Shown here one piece after another: positions 37,420 to 49,649 of a DNA stretch of 64,000 nt. Source of the DNA: Octopus bimaculoides. Its lineage: Eukaryota. The first letter of the stretch is position 1. Every line of letters begins with the position of its first letter. The notes under the pieces were generated by a model. That model had not been told where the DNA came from and did not search any database. It saw nothing but the letters and a program-made list of their open reading frames with translations. Location: contig NC_068982.1 of NCBI RefSeq assembly GCF_001194135.2, positions 73,170,891 through 73,234,890 on the forward strand. The letters run 5' to 3'. The position numbers and the translations under genes are program-made.

Positions 37420-37800
37420 TGCAAGACAGCTGTTCAATCCGGAAATGGTGGTGTACTCCAGTTAGTCAAAAGAAATATGCTCGCAATTTCGGATTTAGAA
37501 TTAAGTAATGCGGTTGTATTCTTTGATCTAAAAAGAATGACCGATCTTTCAGCTACGCATAAGTTGCATTTCTGAAACCCATTTACATATGGCATGAATT
37601 TCTCTACGATTCTCCACTTGATTTTATGTGGTATGCAATTGGCCTTCAAACACCATACGCGGCTAGCCAACCTAGTAGCTTTACTTTCGTCGATATGCCG
37701 GAAAGAAGATTGGTGGTTTGCATGACGTCTTTTGAAATTGCCTTCGCATAAACCGATGTAATTTTTCTTTCCAGTTAGATTATCTTGAAGTATTGCAATG
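37420..37800 (-). mobile_element. Penelope-like element relic 1: GIY-YIG endonuclease domain
   Basis: Reverse-complement translation: KNYIGLCEGNFKRRHANHQSSFRH...ATRLASRVWCLK...IKWRIV...Y....KCNLCVAER..I...LLNSKSE. Confidence 0.82.
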
Positions 37801-37863
37801 ACCTACAAGGTCACAGATGTCCATACGATCCCATGGATACATGGAATAATTCATCTGTATCGA

Positions 37864-37905
<42 letters not shown>

Positions 37906-39435
37906 TACACACACACATGTAAGTGTGTATGTACGTATATATGCATACATGCATGCATGCATACATACATACATACATACATACATACATACATACATAC
38001 ATACATACATACATACTTCGTCAGCTAGGTTCACCTAAGACCAAATTAAAAATATCCGCTACATCAATACCTATACAATCCGCTGATTGCCCAAGCCATA
38101 AACACAACCGAGATCAGTGGATAGTTTTATNNNNNNNNNNNNNNNNNNNNNNNNNNNNNNNNNNNNNNNNNNNNNNNNNNNNNNNNNNNNNNNNNNNNNN
38201 NNNNNNNNNNNNNNNNNNNNNNNNNNNNNNNNNNNNNNNNNNNNNNNNNNNNNNNNNNNNNNNNNNNNNNNNNNNNNNNNNNNNNNNNNNNNNNNNNNNN
38301 NNNNNNNNNNNNNNNNNNNNNTATATATCAGAGGCAACGCTTGTACTGCATGCCTCATAATAATATGTTTTTATATGATATTTTTTCCAGGATAAATAAT
38401 TTTTGTGTAATATAGAATTAATTATTAATAATTTTCAGTATCCTCATCATACACGTGATTTTTTTTTTTTAGTTTTGGAGAGAGAGTGACTGAAAGAAAG
38501 AGAACAGGAGATCGTTGTAAATGGAAATGCATAGAAAGAGAGCGAAGAAGTGTGGAGAAGAGAAAAACGGAGAGATAAATCGATATAAATAGAAAGGGAG
38601 AGATAGAAGGATCGAAGTCAATATGGAGAAGTGTATGCAAATATGAATAAAGAGGTGTAAAAAAAAGAGGGGAAGAGAAGCAGGTAAGAAAGAATAAGAA
38701 GGATAGAGAGATGGATCAATATAATGTAAATAGAGATAAAGACTAAAGACACAATTCAGAGACAGCAATAAAATTCAATCTAACACCAGATACATGATAA
38801 TACAAATAAAATTATCAGAGTGTAGCCAGAAGGCGGGAAAAGAGAGAATAATAAACTTTTGTTTCCCTTACCTTGAGAATAGCCAGATTAAAGCAAAGAA
38901 TGAAATTCTCCGCCAAGCTTCAATAATATTTACGTACGTAATTTGTTATCGAAAAATATAAACAAACCTCAGATTCCTGAATTTTTTGTATTTAGTATTT
39001 CAGCAATCTACAAATTGCATTGGCTCATGCAAGTTGAAATCTTCCGAACGTAATTTCTCAGAGAAAAGTGCAATTAGCGTTGAAAAATGCAGTCAACGTA
39101 GTTATCGAGTCGTGTTTACTTAACCACGTTGTGAGCCGATCTTGATCTTTTTGACGTCGGAAAATTTTTTACAACTGATCGAATTAAAATACTTTTATTA
39201 ATTGTAGTATATTGGCAGTAATGTATTTAAACCAGTGACAACTTAGATTTCAGTTCTATACGATTTAATTGAAATTTTTCAAGGTTATACATAAGCATAT
39301 TTTCATACACTATAACAAGCCGACCCCATCATTTTGTTACATGAATGTGTGTGTGTGTGTTTTATTTCTTGTGTCCAGATTTCGTCTTGGCTTGTGTTTG
39401 CGTGTACATGGTCATTGTATATACTTGTATATATA

Positions 39436-39643
39436 CAGTAACCCTTCGACTATCGTAGTTGTTACGTTCCAAAACGTCCCACAGAAATAATTAAAAACTG
39501 AAAAAAGATATAAATATCTATTGGCTGCAGAAACCCGCGATATACTGAGGATTTCGCGATATAAATTTGCATATATTAGCCAGAAAAGTCCGCAATGTAC
39601 CGAGTGCGGGATAGGTGAACCGCGATATAGCGAGGGATTACTG
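39436..39643. mobile_element. pogo/Tigger-like MITE, 208 bp
   Basis: TA-CAGTAACCCTTCGACTATCG ... CGATATAGCGAGGGATTACTG-TA (imperfect TIR, TA TSD). Confidence 0.85.
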
Positions 39644-40471
39644 TATATACATATATATGTGTACATATATATATATATATATAATTCAGTTTTGGGGATT
39701 AATAGATATGCGGGTATTCTGTTTCAGATAATACAAAAAAATAACCGAATGAGGAGTATATCTGAAGGTAAACTCGTGATATCTATTTGCACATCACGAA
39801 ATAATACTTTAAAGGATATAACCAGTATACCACCAGGGTATGAAATATACTTCGTCAATTATCTCTTAAGTTAAAATTAAAATTATCAATTTTGAAGGAA
39901 CTACACGTGTTTCAGTATTGGAAGATTATAATATATATACATACATACACACACACNNNNNNNNNNNNNNNNNNNNNNNNNNNNNNNNNNNNNNNNNNNN
40001 NNNNNNNNNNNNNNNNNNNNNNNNNNNNNNNNNNNNNNNNNNNNNNNNNNNNNNNNNNNNNNNNNNNNNNNNNNNNNNNNNNNNNNNNNNNNNNNNNNNN
40101 NNNNNNNNNNNNNNNNNNNNNNNNNNNNNNNNNNNNNNNNNNNNATCTACAATTCTACCAACATATCTTAAGGTTCTATTTCAAAATACTGTTAATCTAA
40201 TTTTACATCACCTTAAAATTAAGTGTTAAATTAAACATTAAAAATTATACTTTATAAAGTTAAGAATTACAAAAATTATAAATTATAGATTATACATTAT
40301 AAAGATGAATTAGTATACATATATCAAACTTATAAAGTCAAGTATATAATGTCAAATGCAAAATATAAGATATAAAATATACATCAGAATAAAAGTGTCC
40401 GTGATTTAACGTGAAAATAATATAAAAAGTGCAAATGCATATCCTCCTATGGTGGAACCAAGATGTCTTTC

Positions 40472-42588
40472 AGCAGGAAAGAATATACACAGGACCTGAT
40501 TAACCAGTTAAAAAACTTTATAAATAGAATGAAATGGAAGGCTCACTACTACAATAACAGCAATCCTAATAAGAATAATACTAACATGGGAGATATAGAC
40601 TACATAAAAAGAAACTTCAAATCTAAGTACGAATCTCCAAATGATAGAACTATACAGGACTTCGAGGAGAAAATATGGAACATGATGAAAAATATCAAAT
40701 TCAAAAAATACCCTAATAGACACAACAAGCAGCTCAGCAATTTGGCTAGTAAAATTTTAAAAATTAAAGAACCAGGATGGAATCTGATAAGACCAGGAAC
40801 TTATATAGACTGGATACACCACTTTATGATAATCTACTAGAAAAGGAAATAATGAAAAAATATAAAGTAGTTAATAAAAATTATTTAGATAATANNNNNN
40901 NNNNTAAATGGTTTAATAATATTCAGGATAAAAATAGATGTAAATTCCTTCAAATTGATATAGAGAATTATTATTCATCTATCAATGAAGTGGTTTTAAA
41001 TAAGGCCCTATCATATGCCATGAGAAAGGTAAATATGTCATTTGAAGAAGTCAAAGTGGTGTTGGCCGCGAGGAAGTCTATTATAAAACATAAAGATAAA
41101 CTATCGGCAAGAAAAGACACAAGAAATTGTTTTGATATGCGCATGGGCGCCCCTGATCCTACCCAAGTTACCGATCTTGTGAGATTATATTCTTTATCTG
41201 AACTAGAGATGGAATTTGCGAATATAGAGGGTGGACTTTATAGGGACTACCTACTACTTATAACCAGGAATTGTACTAATAGGTCATTATAATGCCTTAA
41301 GAAGAAAATGTACAAGTTCTTTAAGAATTATGACCTATGGATATCTATAGAGAATGAATAGTATGCAGTAAATTATTTAGACGTCAGTCTTAATCTTATC
41401 ACTAAGATCCATCTATTCCATAAGTTGAATGAAAATTTAATGTATATTAGTGATTTAAGTATCCATCCTAGATCAGTTAAAGAAGCTTTAATAGATAATA
41501 TAGGCAAAAGAATATTTATGCTATCCTCAGATTATGACACTTTTAATAAACATGTCCCATATTTATAATAAGGCATTAAAAGAAGCAGGATATAACTCTA
41601 ATATAAAATTCTTTAATTATTACGAACACCTTAATAATACAACAGGTAATCCTAGTAATAATTCTAACAGCAAAAATATGAATGATAATAATAAAAGACA
41701 ATATAAGAAACTAAATAAAGATAAAAACAATATAGTTATTATTAATGATTACAATAATAATAGTAATATTGATAGAGAATAGGATCAATAGTAAGAAATA
41801 TAGTAAATTATACAAGCGGAGATATAATACACGGAGATATAATATAAAAAAATATAAAAAATAAAAAAGATATTATATGGTTAATTATTCCGTATGGGGC
41901 ATAAGTGATGACTAATATTATTAAGGAGACGCTTAAAATTGTAAAAATGTCTTCTAATAAGGACAACATTATATTTTCCAATACATTTTCCAATAAAACG
42001 ATAAGAGTGGGCTACTCAACATCGAGGAATGTAGGTAATATCATTTCCTCTATAAATAATAAGAAATTAAATAATTATTATAATAGAACAATAAATAATA
42101 GCTATAGCCATAATATAACCGATAGTGATTAGAGTCTGAATAAACAGATAGAAAAATCTTCATGTCGTGATAAGACTAAATGTAAACTCTCGAATAACTG
42201 TAATATTTATAATGTTATTTATAAATGTATAGTAAACTCTAAGAACAATAATAATAAAATTATAAATATGGTTTATATAGGATCTACATCTAATGAAATT
42301 TTAAAAAGATTCTCTCAACACTATCAGACTTTTAAAAATCCTAATTTAAGTCCACGGGTTTACGTAAATATATATGGGAAGTAAAATCTAGAAAAAGAGA
42401 TTACACCCTTAGTTGGAGTATAATAGGTAGAGCCCACTCATAATATTGGAAATAAAGTGTGTTTATTATGTATAACAGAATTTATGAAACTGATACAGTT
42501 TAGAGATAAATTACTAAACACATACGATGAACGAGGAGTTAAATGTAGACACAAAAGTAATTTTACTTTTAATAAAATGACATACTGA
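40472..42588 (+). pseudogene. PLE ORF, disrupted: reverse transcriptase plus GIY-YIG endonuclease
   Basis: FINRMKWKAH; SDKTRNLY; KFLQIDIENYYSSI; CFDMRMGAPD..QVTDLVRLY; GGLYRD; NYLDVSL; AL.EAGY; RVGYSTSRN; CRDKTKC..C..NVIYKC...VYIGST...KRFSQH..TF; YIWEVK..SW.I; C.LC..E; LLN..DE...KCRH; stop at 42586-42588. Confidence 0.9.
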
Positions 42589-43093
42589 ACCCCCCTTGAA
42601 TCTAATAACCACACACTTTTGATTTCTACAGTACTTGAATAGATTATATAAATAATTAAATGAATTAATTAATTAGATATTACTAAAACTTATAGCAAAT
42701 TATATATAGCCCTCAACATAGATTGAAGATAATAATAGAAGATAATTTAAATTACACTATGCATAGTATAATTACAACCCCCCCTTGGTACTAATCATCT
42801 ATAAATTCCCATAATGCTCTATCTTCACTTCTTCTAGTCATCATTTTGAAAGACATCTTTGTTCCACCATAGGAGGATATGTATTTGTGCTTTTTATGTA
42901 ATTTTCACATTAAATCAGACTTTTTTATTCTGATGTATATTTTATATTCATCTTTATAATGTATAATCTATAATTTATATATTTTTTTTTAATTCTTAAC
43001 TTTATAAAGTATAATTTTTAATGTTTAATTTAATGTTTAATTTAACACTTAATTTTAGGGTGATGTAAAATTAGATTAACAGTATTTTGAAAT

Positions 43094-43209
43094 AGAACCT
43101 AAAGACGTGTTGGTAAAATTGTAGATATGATGATTGCATATATATATTTATATGTGTATATGTATGTATATATATTATAATCTTCCAATACTGAAACACG
43201 TTTAGTTCT
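43094..43209 (+). ncRNA. Degenerate hammerhead-ribozyme motif in right PLE arm (inverted copy at 39897-40177)
   Basis: AGAAC / CT(A)AAGA / long stem II closing a TA-rich loop / GAAAC-ACGT-(T)TA / GTTCT. Core G5 and one stem-III base are mutated here; the left copy keeps GAAAC-ACGT-GTA. Confidence 0.55.
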
Positions 43210-43619
43210 TTCATAATTGATCATTTTAATTTTTAACTTAAGAGATAATTAAGGAAGTATATTTTATACACTGCTGGTATACTGGTTATATCATTTAAAG
43301 TATTATTTCATGATGTGCAAATAGATACAACGAGTTTACCTTCAGATATACTCATTCGGTTATTTTTTTGTATTATCTGAAACAGAATACCCGCAAATCT
43401 ATTAATCCCAAAACTGAATTATTATTGATCTCTATTATATATTTTGTATATTTCTAGATAAATATATAAATATATGATTAACAAGACCTTACAATACGAT
43501 TTGCAGATACATATAATGCTAAAAGGTTGTACCTGAATAATTTGGAAATTCGTTTGCCCAAATTATTTAAATTAATAAATCGTACATATATATATATATG
43601 TATATATATATGTGTGTGC

Positions 43620-43672
<53 letters not shown>

Positions 43673-44691
43673 NNNNNNNNNNNNNNNNNNNNNNNNNNNN
43701 NNNNNNNNNNNNNNNNNNNNNNNNNNNNNNNNNNNNNNNNNNNNNNNNNNNNNNNNNNNNNNNNNNNNNNNNNNNNNNNNNNNNNNNNNNNNNNNNNNNN
43801 NNNNNNNNNNNNNNNNNNNNNNNNNNNNNNNNNNNNNNNNNNNNNNNNNNNNNNNNNNNNNNNNNNNNNNNNNNNNNNNNNNNNNNNNNNNNNNNNNNNN
43901 NNNNNNNNNNNNNNNNNNNNNNNNNNNNNNNNNNNNNNNNNNNNNNNNNNNNNNNNNNNNNNNNNNNNNNNNNNNNNNNNNNNNNNNNNNNNNNNNNNNN
44001 NNNNNNNNNNNNNNNNNNNNNNNNNNNNNNNNNNNNNNNNNNNNNNNNNNNNNNNNNNNNNNNNNNNNNNNNNNNNNNNNNNNNNNNNNNNNNNNNNNNN
44101 NNNNNNNNNNNNNNNNNNNNNNNNNNNNNNNNNNNNNNNNNNNNNNNNNNNNNNNNNNNNNNNNNNNNNNNNNNNNNNNNNNNNNNNNNNNNNNNNNNNN
44201 NNNNNNNNNNNNNNNNNNNNNNNNNNNNNNNNNNNNNNNNNNNNNNNNNNNNNNNNNNNNNNNNNNNNNNNNNNNNNNNNNNNNNNNNNNNNNNNNNNNN
44301 NNNNNNNNNNNNNNNNNNNNNNNNNNNNNNNNNNNNNNNNNNNNNNNNNNNNNNNNNNNNNNNNNNNNNNNNNNNNNNNNNNNNNNNNNNNNNNNNNNNN
44401 NNNNNNNNNNNNNNNNNNNNNNNNNNNNNNNNNNNNNNNNNNNNNNNNNNNNNNNNNNNNNNNNNNNNNNNNNNNNNNNNNNNNNNNNNNNNNNNNNNNN
44501 NNNNNNNNNNNNNNNNATACGTACACATTTATGTATATATATATAAACATGTATGTATATATATATATTCATACAAATAATGTATTATGTATATGATTAT
44601 ATGTATATATAATGATATATATATATATATATATATATTTATAATTATATATATACTCATATATGTGATGTGTGTGTGAATGTATATATAT

Positions 44692-45935
44692 CATAATTCA
44701 GTTTATTTCAAAACTTCTTGTCAACAGAGAAAGAACCGGTTTCTAACCTAGATCCAAGGCTCCTTAATTGGAATTTCAACATTAATAGCCGGGTATTTTT
44801 GTTTGTTTGTTTGTATGTATGTATGTATGTATTTATGCATGCATGCATGTATGTATGTATGTATGTATGTATGTGTGTATGTATGTATGTATGTATGTAT
44901 GTATATAGATTTGTATGTTTTGTTTTATGTAGGTAGATTTGTATGTTTTGTTTTATGTATGCATTCTCATGCATATAGCTGCATATCTAGACATGCTCAT
45001 ATATATTTAAATGATAAACGTCTGGAAAGTTTTACAGATTTTCACAGTTCCAATGATGGATTGAATCTGTAGTCTTCGACCTAATTTTCTCCTTTCTGGT
45101 TTTGAGAAGCCTAATTTCTCAAGACTGTTATTTAGGCAATGTATTACGTATCCCAGGGCCCCGATAATTACAAGTATAAACCTGAACTTGTAATCTAGAT
45201 TGAGTAACTACATATTTTTCAGCATCGGTATCCTCTTTTTCACTAATCTTCAGCTTTATGTTAACATCCGATGGGCAGCTAACTTCCACAACTGTACTCA
45301 GTTTCTATTCTCTATGCCAAATCATTATATCAGGTCTGATGTGCTTACATTTTATTGAGGTTTTCACTAAGACATTCCACCAATAACCCTTTTTTTATTA
45401 TGAGTGGCAATGGCTTCTACCATACTGTGGGTTCTTATTTCTTTGTCTTCGGGATTATCCTTTCGACAGATTTCATTATAGAGTGTCCCAGCTACAACAT
45501 CATGTCTCATCAGTAAATAATACTGTGACGACATTTTTGGACAACTGCTTATGATGTCGGTGATATCTTCGGTGTTAATCTCACAAAGTCCGCATCGGTT
45601 GTCACAGTTTACGGCTTTTCTTGCATCTCTATCCCTTCTGTGCATCAGGTATTTGGTTGATATTTCGTGTTCCTGGATTGCAAACGCATACCCTTCAAAG
45701 TGGGGGGGGTAGTAATCCAGCTATTGGTCCATGATAGACCGTTTTAATGATCAATGTTACTATCAACTCGAGTTTTCTACTAGCATACCCATGCATAGAC
45801 TTCTGTTCATATATGCTCATTCTTTCATCTTATGATACGTTGTGGTAGATTCGTGCGACTTCTTTGGGCATATATTTAAGGTTATTAAACAAGGAATATT
45901 GCTCAAGGAGCTGCCTTATGTATGCATGTAATCGT
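44692..45935 (-). mobile_element. R4/Dong-clade LINE family 2, longer copy with complete 3' UTR
   Basis: Reverse-complement translation: KSMHGY...FEGYAFAIQEHEISTK...CGLC...EDITDIISSCPKMSSQYY..RHDVVA...RPDIMI. The 3' UTR matches 24830-24960 and continues past the (TACA)n to ...aataaactgaattat. Confidence 0.92.
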
Positions 45936-45976
45936 CGACGGCTCCTCCTCGTTTTCTAACATTTCTTTGTTTGTAG

Positions 45977-46311
45977 TACCATGAGAGATAGAAACATGTA
46001 AATGAATCAAAATACTTTCACAGAACACTTTCAGAGTGACGTAACGTGAAAGGCATTAAATGCATCGGACAACTGAGTGACGGAGCGGTAAGTGTGCTGT
46101 GATAGAGATGCATGATAGCAATTGCGAAACATTAGAACTTATATTCTGAAAAATAATTCTTTTAGAAAATTGTTTCATTGTAGAGTTCCTACAACCATGT
46201 AGAGAAAATCGATTTCTTCCTATATATCCGCGGCAACATGCTTCAAGAATGGAATTCCCAGAACCCAAACGACGCCAGTATACATACCGAAAATATTGAG
46301 AATACAAAGAT
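45977..46311 (+). other. Candidate spliced exon pair (45977-46087 and 46184-46311), product unknown
   Basis: CTAAC branch point plus atttctttgtttgtag acceptor; GCG|gtaagt donor; 96-nt intron; tgtttcattgtag acceptor; GAT|gtgagt donor. Exon 1 has stops in all frames; exon 2 has one open frame. Confidence 0.3.
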
Positions 46312-47089
46312 GTGAGTTAAAAGAAAAACTGGAAAGACAATATAGAACTATTGAGAGGCTGTTTTCTTCTTAACTTTATGAGTTTTTGTAAGGTGGTATA
46401 GAAAGGGTTTCACAAATTATGACACATACAGAAGTACCAATGGCTCTGAGGGTCATGGGGCTGGCTCATGAACAGAGACACTTGTAATTGGAGTTCAAAG
46501 TCGAAGCTCTCGGAAACTTTGGGCTGTTTGAGTTTGTAACTGTATTTCAAGTTTTAATACAAGTTATAACTAAAAGAGACAAGAGTGTCTCGGAATTTGT
46601 TGTTTGAAAAATGAATAGAAATAATCTGATTATTGTGCATACCTGCATTCGCACGTAAATACTTCTCCATATCTTTCTTAATAAACCATCGTTTTTAATA
46701 AAATTTTACATAGATATGTTTTTGAAGATGTAGATTAACTCTATATGAATTATGCATTATTAATTACCCATATTTAAAAAATATGATAAAGCGCCTGAGA
46801 ATCTACTCCTACACAATAATCTGTCGTATATTTTAAATTCTAATTTAGACCACGAATTGTGGGATAGCAAGAACCAATTTTCTTTGTGAAATGCCTTCAA
46901 CAATCAGCATTATTATTTTGAGAAAATAATATAACATAAACATATGTCCAATTAATTTGATAATTGATTGAAAATATGAACATATCAAGAATTCCTTTTA
47001 AAATGCAGATTTGAGAATTCTTATAATTTAAGGAAGCACGCTTTAAATGCTCCTTCTAAAACAAATGTTTTTTTTATTATTTCACTGAA

Positions 47090-47800
47090 GTCATTTTGCC
47101 CCACAAGTTTTCATTCAATACTAAGAGCGACTGTGTCAATCACTCTTTCCTGTGTTATCGTACTATTGAAGAAGTCTCAATGAACTTTACGTTTTTGGAA
47201 GATCTCTCAACAGATGCTACTATAACTGACAATGTAAAGAACATACGCACGGCAATACAAACACTGAGGATAATATCATTTACCATGTATAACTTGTAAG
47301 TTGATGTAGCTCCCTATCTTCATTAAAATTTAATATATTAATCGTCTTAAGATGCTTTATTTCCTCTTGTAGGTATTCTAAGAGATTGTTTGAATATTTT
47401 TCCCATAATCTTGGACTTACAAAGTTGAGTTCTTCTAACACGTCTTACTGTTACCTCAGAATGCAAAACAACCTCAATTGTGTTTGCAGCGTCAAACTGC
47501 TTTGATATTCCAGCAAACAGTGAACCAATGAGAACAAAGGAAACATTCCGTTTGAATTCAGAGTGAGGTTCATCAGAACTATCATAAAGAATTTCTCAGA
47601 TGTTCTCCTCTCGTTCATTATCGTCCTCAATAACAGAAAATTTTTTTTTAATTTATCGTTTTGATGGGAGACGAAAAACGGTTTCCATTTCTTCTGTAAC
47701 TAGTTTCGATTTATTAAAAATCTGAGGTCATTTGCCAAATACAACTTTAAGATCATTAATTTGAGATCTCTCAGTCCGTTGTAGCATCTCTTGACTGGAT
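47090..47800 (-). pseudogene. Degraded hAT transposase C-terminus (dimerisation domain; Tip100/ZMYM1-like type)
   Basis: Reverse-complement translation: SVCIAVRMFFTLSVIVASVERSSKNVKFI...STITQERV....LSIE (cf. consensus LTLPVTVASAERSFSKLK..LRSTMxQERL..L.IE). Upstream: EFKRNVSFVLI.SL....SKQF. Confidence 0.75.
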
Positions 47801-48254
47801 CACCTCATTATCGTTAACGATCAGTATGAGAATCAACTAAATTGATGACACTAGAATGTAAGAGAAGTATGACACATAATTCATTACATTGTTCATTTCA
47901 TTTATCGCTTGGGGACGTGAGGTGGAGAGACAGAAGCTTTTTAGTCCAAGTCACACTTCAACAAGATTTATTACAAACCATCCTGGTCTAACACTTGCTT
48001 CTCAGTCTGTTCGATGAATACATAAAGTGTTGGTGGAGTCACCTACACGATGATACCACCCTACTTATCCAGACATGTTGATAGCGTTATCATAAATATG
48101 TCAACGATTATCTTTAATAGATACCCCAAAATGATTGGATGTCTCCGTAATCAGTCTTGCCAATTCAGCTCCAGTTTTGTTAAAACAATCAACAAAGGAT
48201 AATTTTTTAAAACTATAAATATAGGGATTGCCACCCTGCCAGGAATGCGGCAAG

Positions 48255-48583
48255 GCTATGGAACTGCAGCATAGCATATTATGGAGAGATAGCGGAAGTG
48301 TTCAAAAGATCCGACGGTGCTTCTTACATTAAAGCAGAGCGGAGGAATCCCAGAGGATCAGCGGTTAAATCACGGAGCTCTGTCAAGAGAGTAACTGCAA
48401 CGCATCCACAGGGGAAGCATCTATAGTTACGTAATCAGCTAATGAAAGACACAATGACTCAATCTCCCAGTTCACATCCATAATAAGGGAATTATGAATT
48501 TGAATTGGGAGCTTGTGTCACAGTGTCTTTCATTAACTGATTACACGACCATGGACGTCACCCTATGGATACGTTAAAGTTAC
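48255..48583. repeat. Repeat F copy (48255-48458) with an inverted second 3' end (48517-48583)
   Basis: gtaactgcaacgcatccacagggg...gtaatcagctaatgaaagacac versus reverse complement gtaactttaacgtatccatagggtg...gtaatcagttaatgaaagacac. Confidence 0.75.
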
Positions 48584-48724
48584 TTGCGAAAGCAACGAAA
48601 AAAGAAAAAAATATTTGATACCACAGATAATGAACGCTCTGTTCCACATGGCTAGAATCCGGTGTTGCATCAACAATCAACATTGTATTCATTAACCCCT
48701 AGACATTACTGTCTCAAGTCCTCG

Positions 48725-48930
48725 AACTCATCGGGCCGGTTACCAGGTTTCTATGGCGTATAAGTGACCAAGATCACTCTCTCTCTCTCTGAACAGGACA
48801 CCAGTTGAAGAGACTGAAGCAACGTGAAATGAAGTGTTTTGCCCAAAAATACAGCAGCGCACCATCCGGATCAGAAATCAGAGCCACATTCTCACAATCA
48901 TAAGAACAACACCTTAACCACTTGTCCACG
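48725..48930 (-). mobile_element. SINE family C copy
   Basis: gggccggttaccaggtttctatggcgtataagtgacc...gcaacgtgaaatgaagtgttttgcccaa...accttaaccact. Confidence 0.88.
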
Positions 48931-49355
48931 TTAGAATGATTTAATAATATTTTGTAGAAATTATTTTATCTAAAATGTGGTTCCAAACAATTTGCGCATC
49001 AATTGATAAATTCAGTTTGCGATAATACTGAAATACAGTGAACATGAAGCCGCAATTTTTTTCTTGTGAACCTATAATTTTTGCAGCATGTTCAACTTGC
49101 CGGGAGAGCTGTGACGCCATTTTCATTTTGTACCGAAGGTCAAGGACGTTCTTCATATGAACGTATTAAGCAAGACTATTGGTAACCGATAATCTTCTGT
49201 CATTCTCTGATAATCTGTTTATATACCTATATACATCTATACACACACAACACACACACATGCACATATACACACACACATACACGTACACATATACGCA
49301 CACACATACACATATACAAACACATACACACATGCACGCATGCACGCATGCGCGC

Positions 49356-49441
<86 letters not shown>

Positions 49442-49448
49442 ATTAAAC

Positions 49449-49632
49449 TTTATAGCAGATACTATTATAGCTCCATTTCAGCCAATCTTACCTATTGGTT
49501 TCATACGCGAATGAGACAATCAGATGATTACCTAAGACTCGTGGTTTTAGAGAATCACCGAATTATCTGACTCGTGTACGGAAATTGATGGGTAAAATCG
49601 GTTGAAATGGATCTATAACACTGTACGCTAAA
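49449..49632. mobile_element. Fold-back (MITE-like) inverted repeat: ~80-bp arms, ~23-bp spacer
   Basis: tatagctccatttcagccaatcttacctattggtttcatacgcgaatgagacaatcagatgatt versus reverse complement tatagatccatttcaaccgattttacccatcaatttccgtacacgagtcagataattcggtgatt. Confidence 0.7.
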
Positions 49633-49649
49633 AGATTAGCATACCCACT

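Larger units (their letters stand above)
39681..43422 (+). mobile_element. Near full-length Penelope-like element (RT plus C-terminal GIY-YIG) with inverted pseudo-LTRs
   Basis: Arm 39681-40472 is the reverse complement of 42847-43422 (e.g. catatcctcctatggtggaac.aagatgtctttca; aaactgaattat). The decayed ORF lies between the arms. Confidence 0.92.

Noticed and set aside
37860-38030. CTGACGA followed by a microsatellite next to PLE relic 1
   Set aside because: Only a degenerate GATAC downstream and no convincing stems; cannot be supported, though the position is suggestive.
39681-43422. Assignment of the PLE to the Naiad/Chlamys clade or a selenoprotein reading of stops
   Set aside because: The endonuclease is C-terminal (Naiads have an N-terminal EN), and the disruptions are mixed stops and frameshifts consistent with decay.
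44715-44785. Hairpin plus GAAAC in the R4 3' UTR
   Set aside because: Lacks the CUGANGA core and stem I; not a canonical hammerhead.
46190-46240. Minus-strand ACCRGYIGRN (EMI/EGF-like)
   Set aside because: Missing the expected following Cys and has weak splice sites; overlaps a better plus-strand exon candidate.
49488-49632. Apparent minus-strand exon with good splice sites
   Set aside because: The phase-1 frame hits a stop, and the segment is explained by the fold-back repeat.
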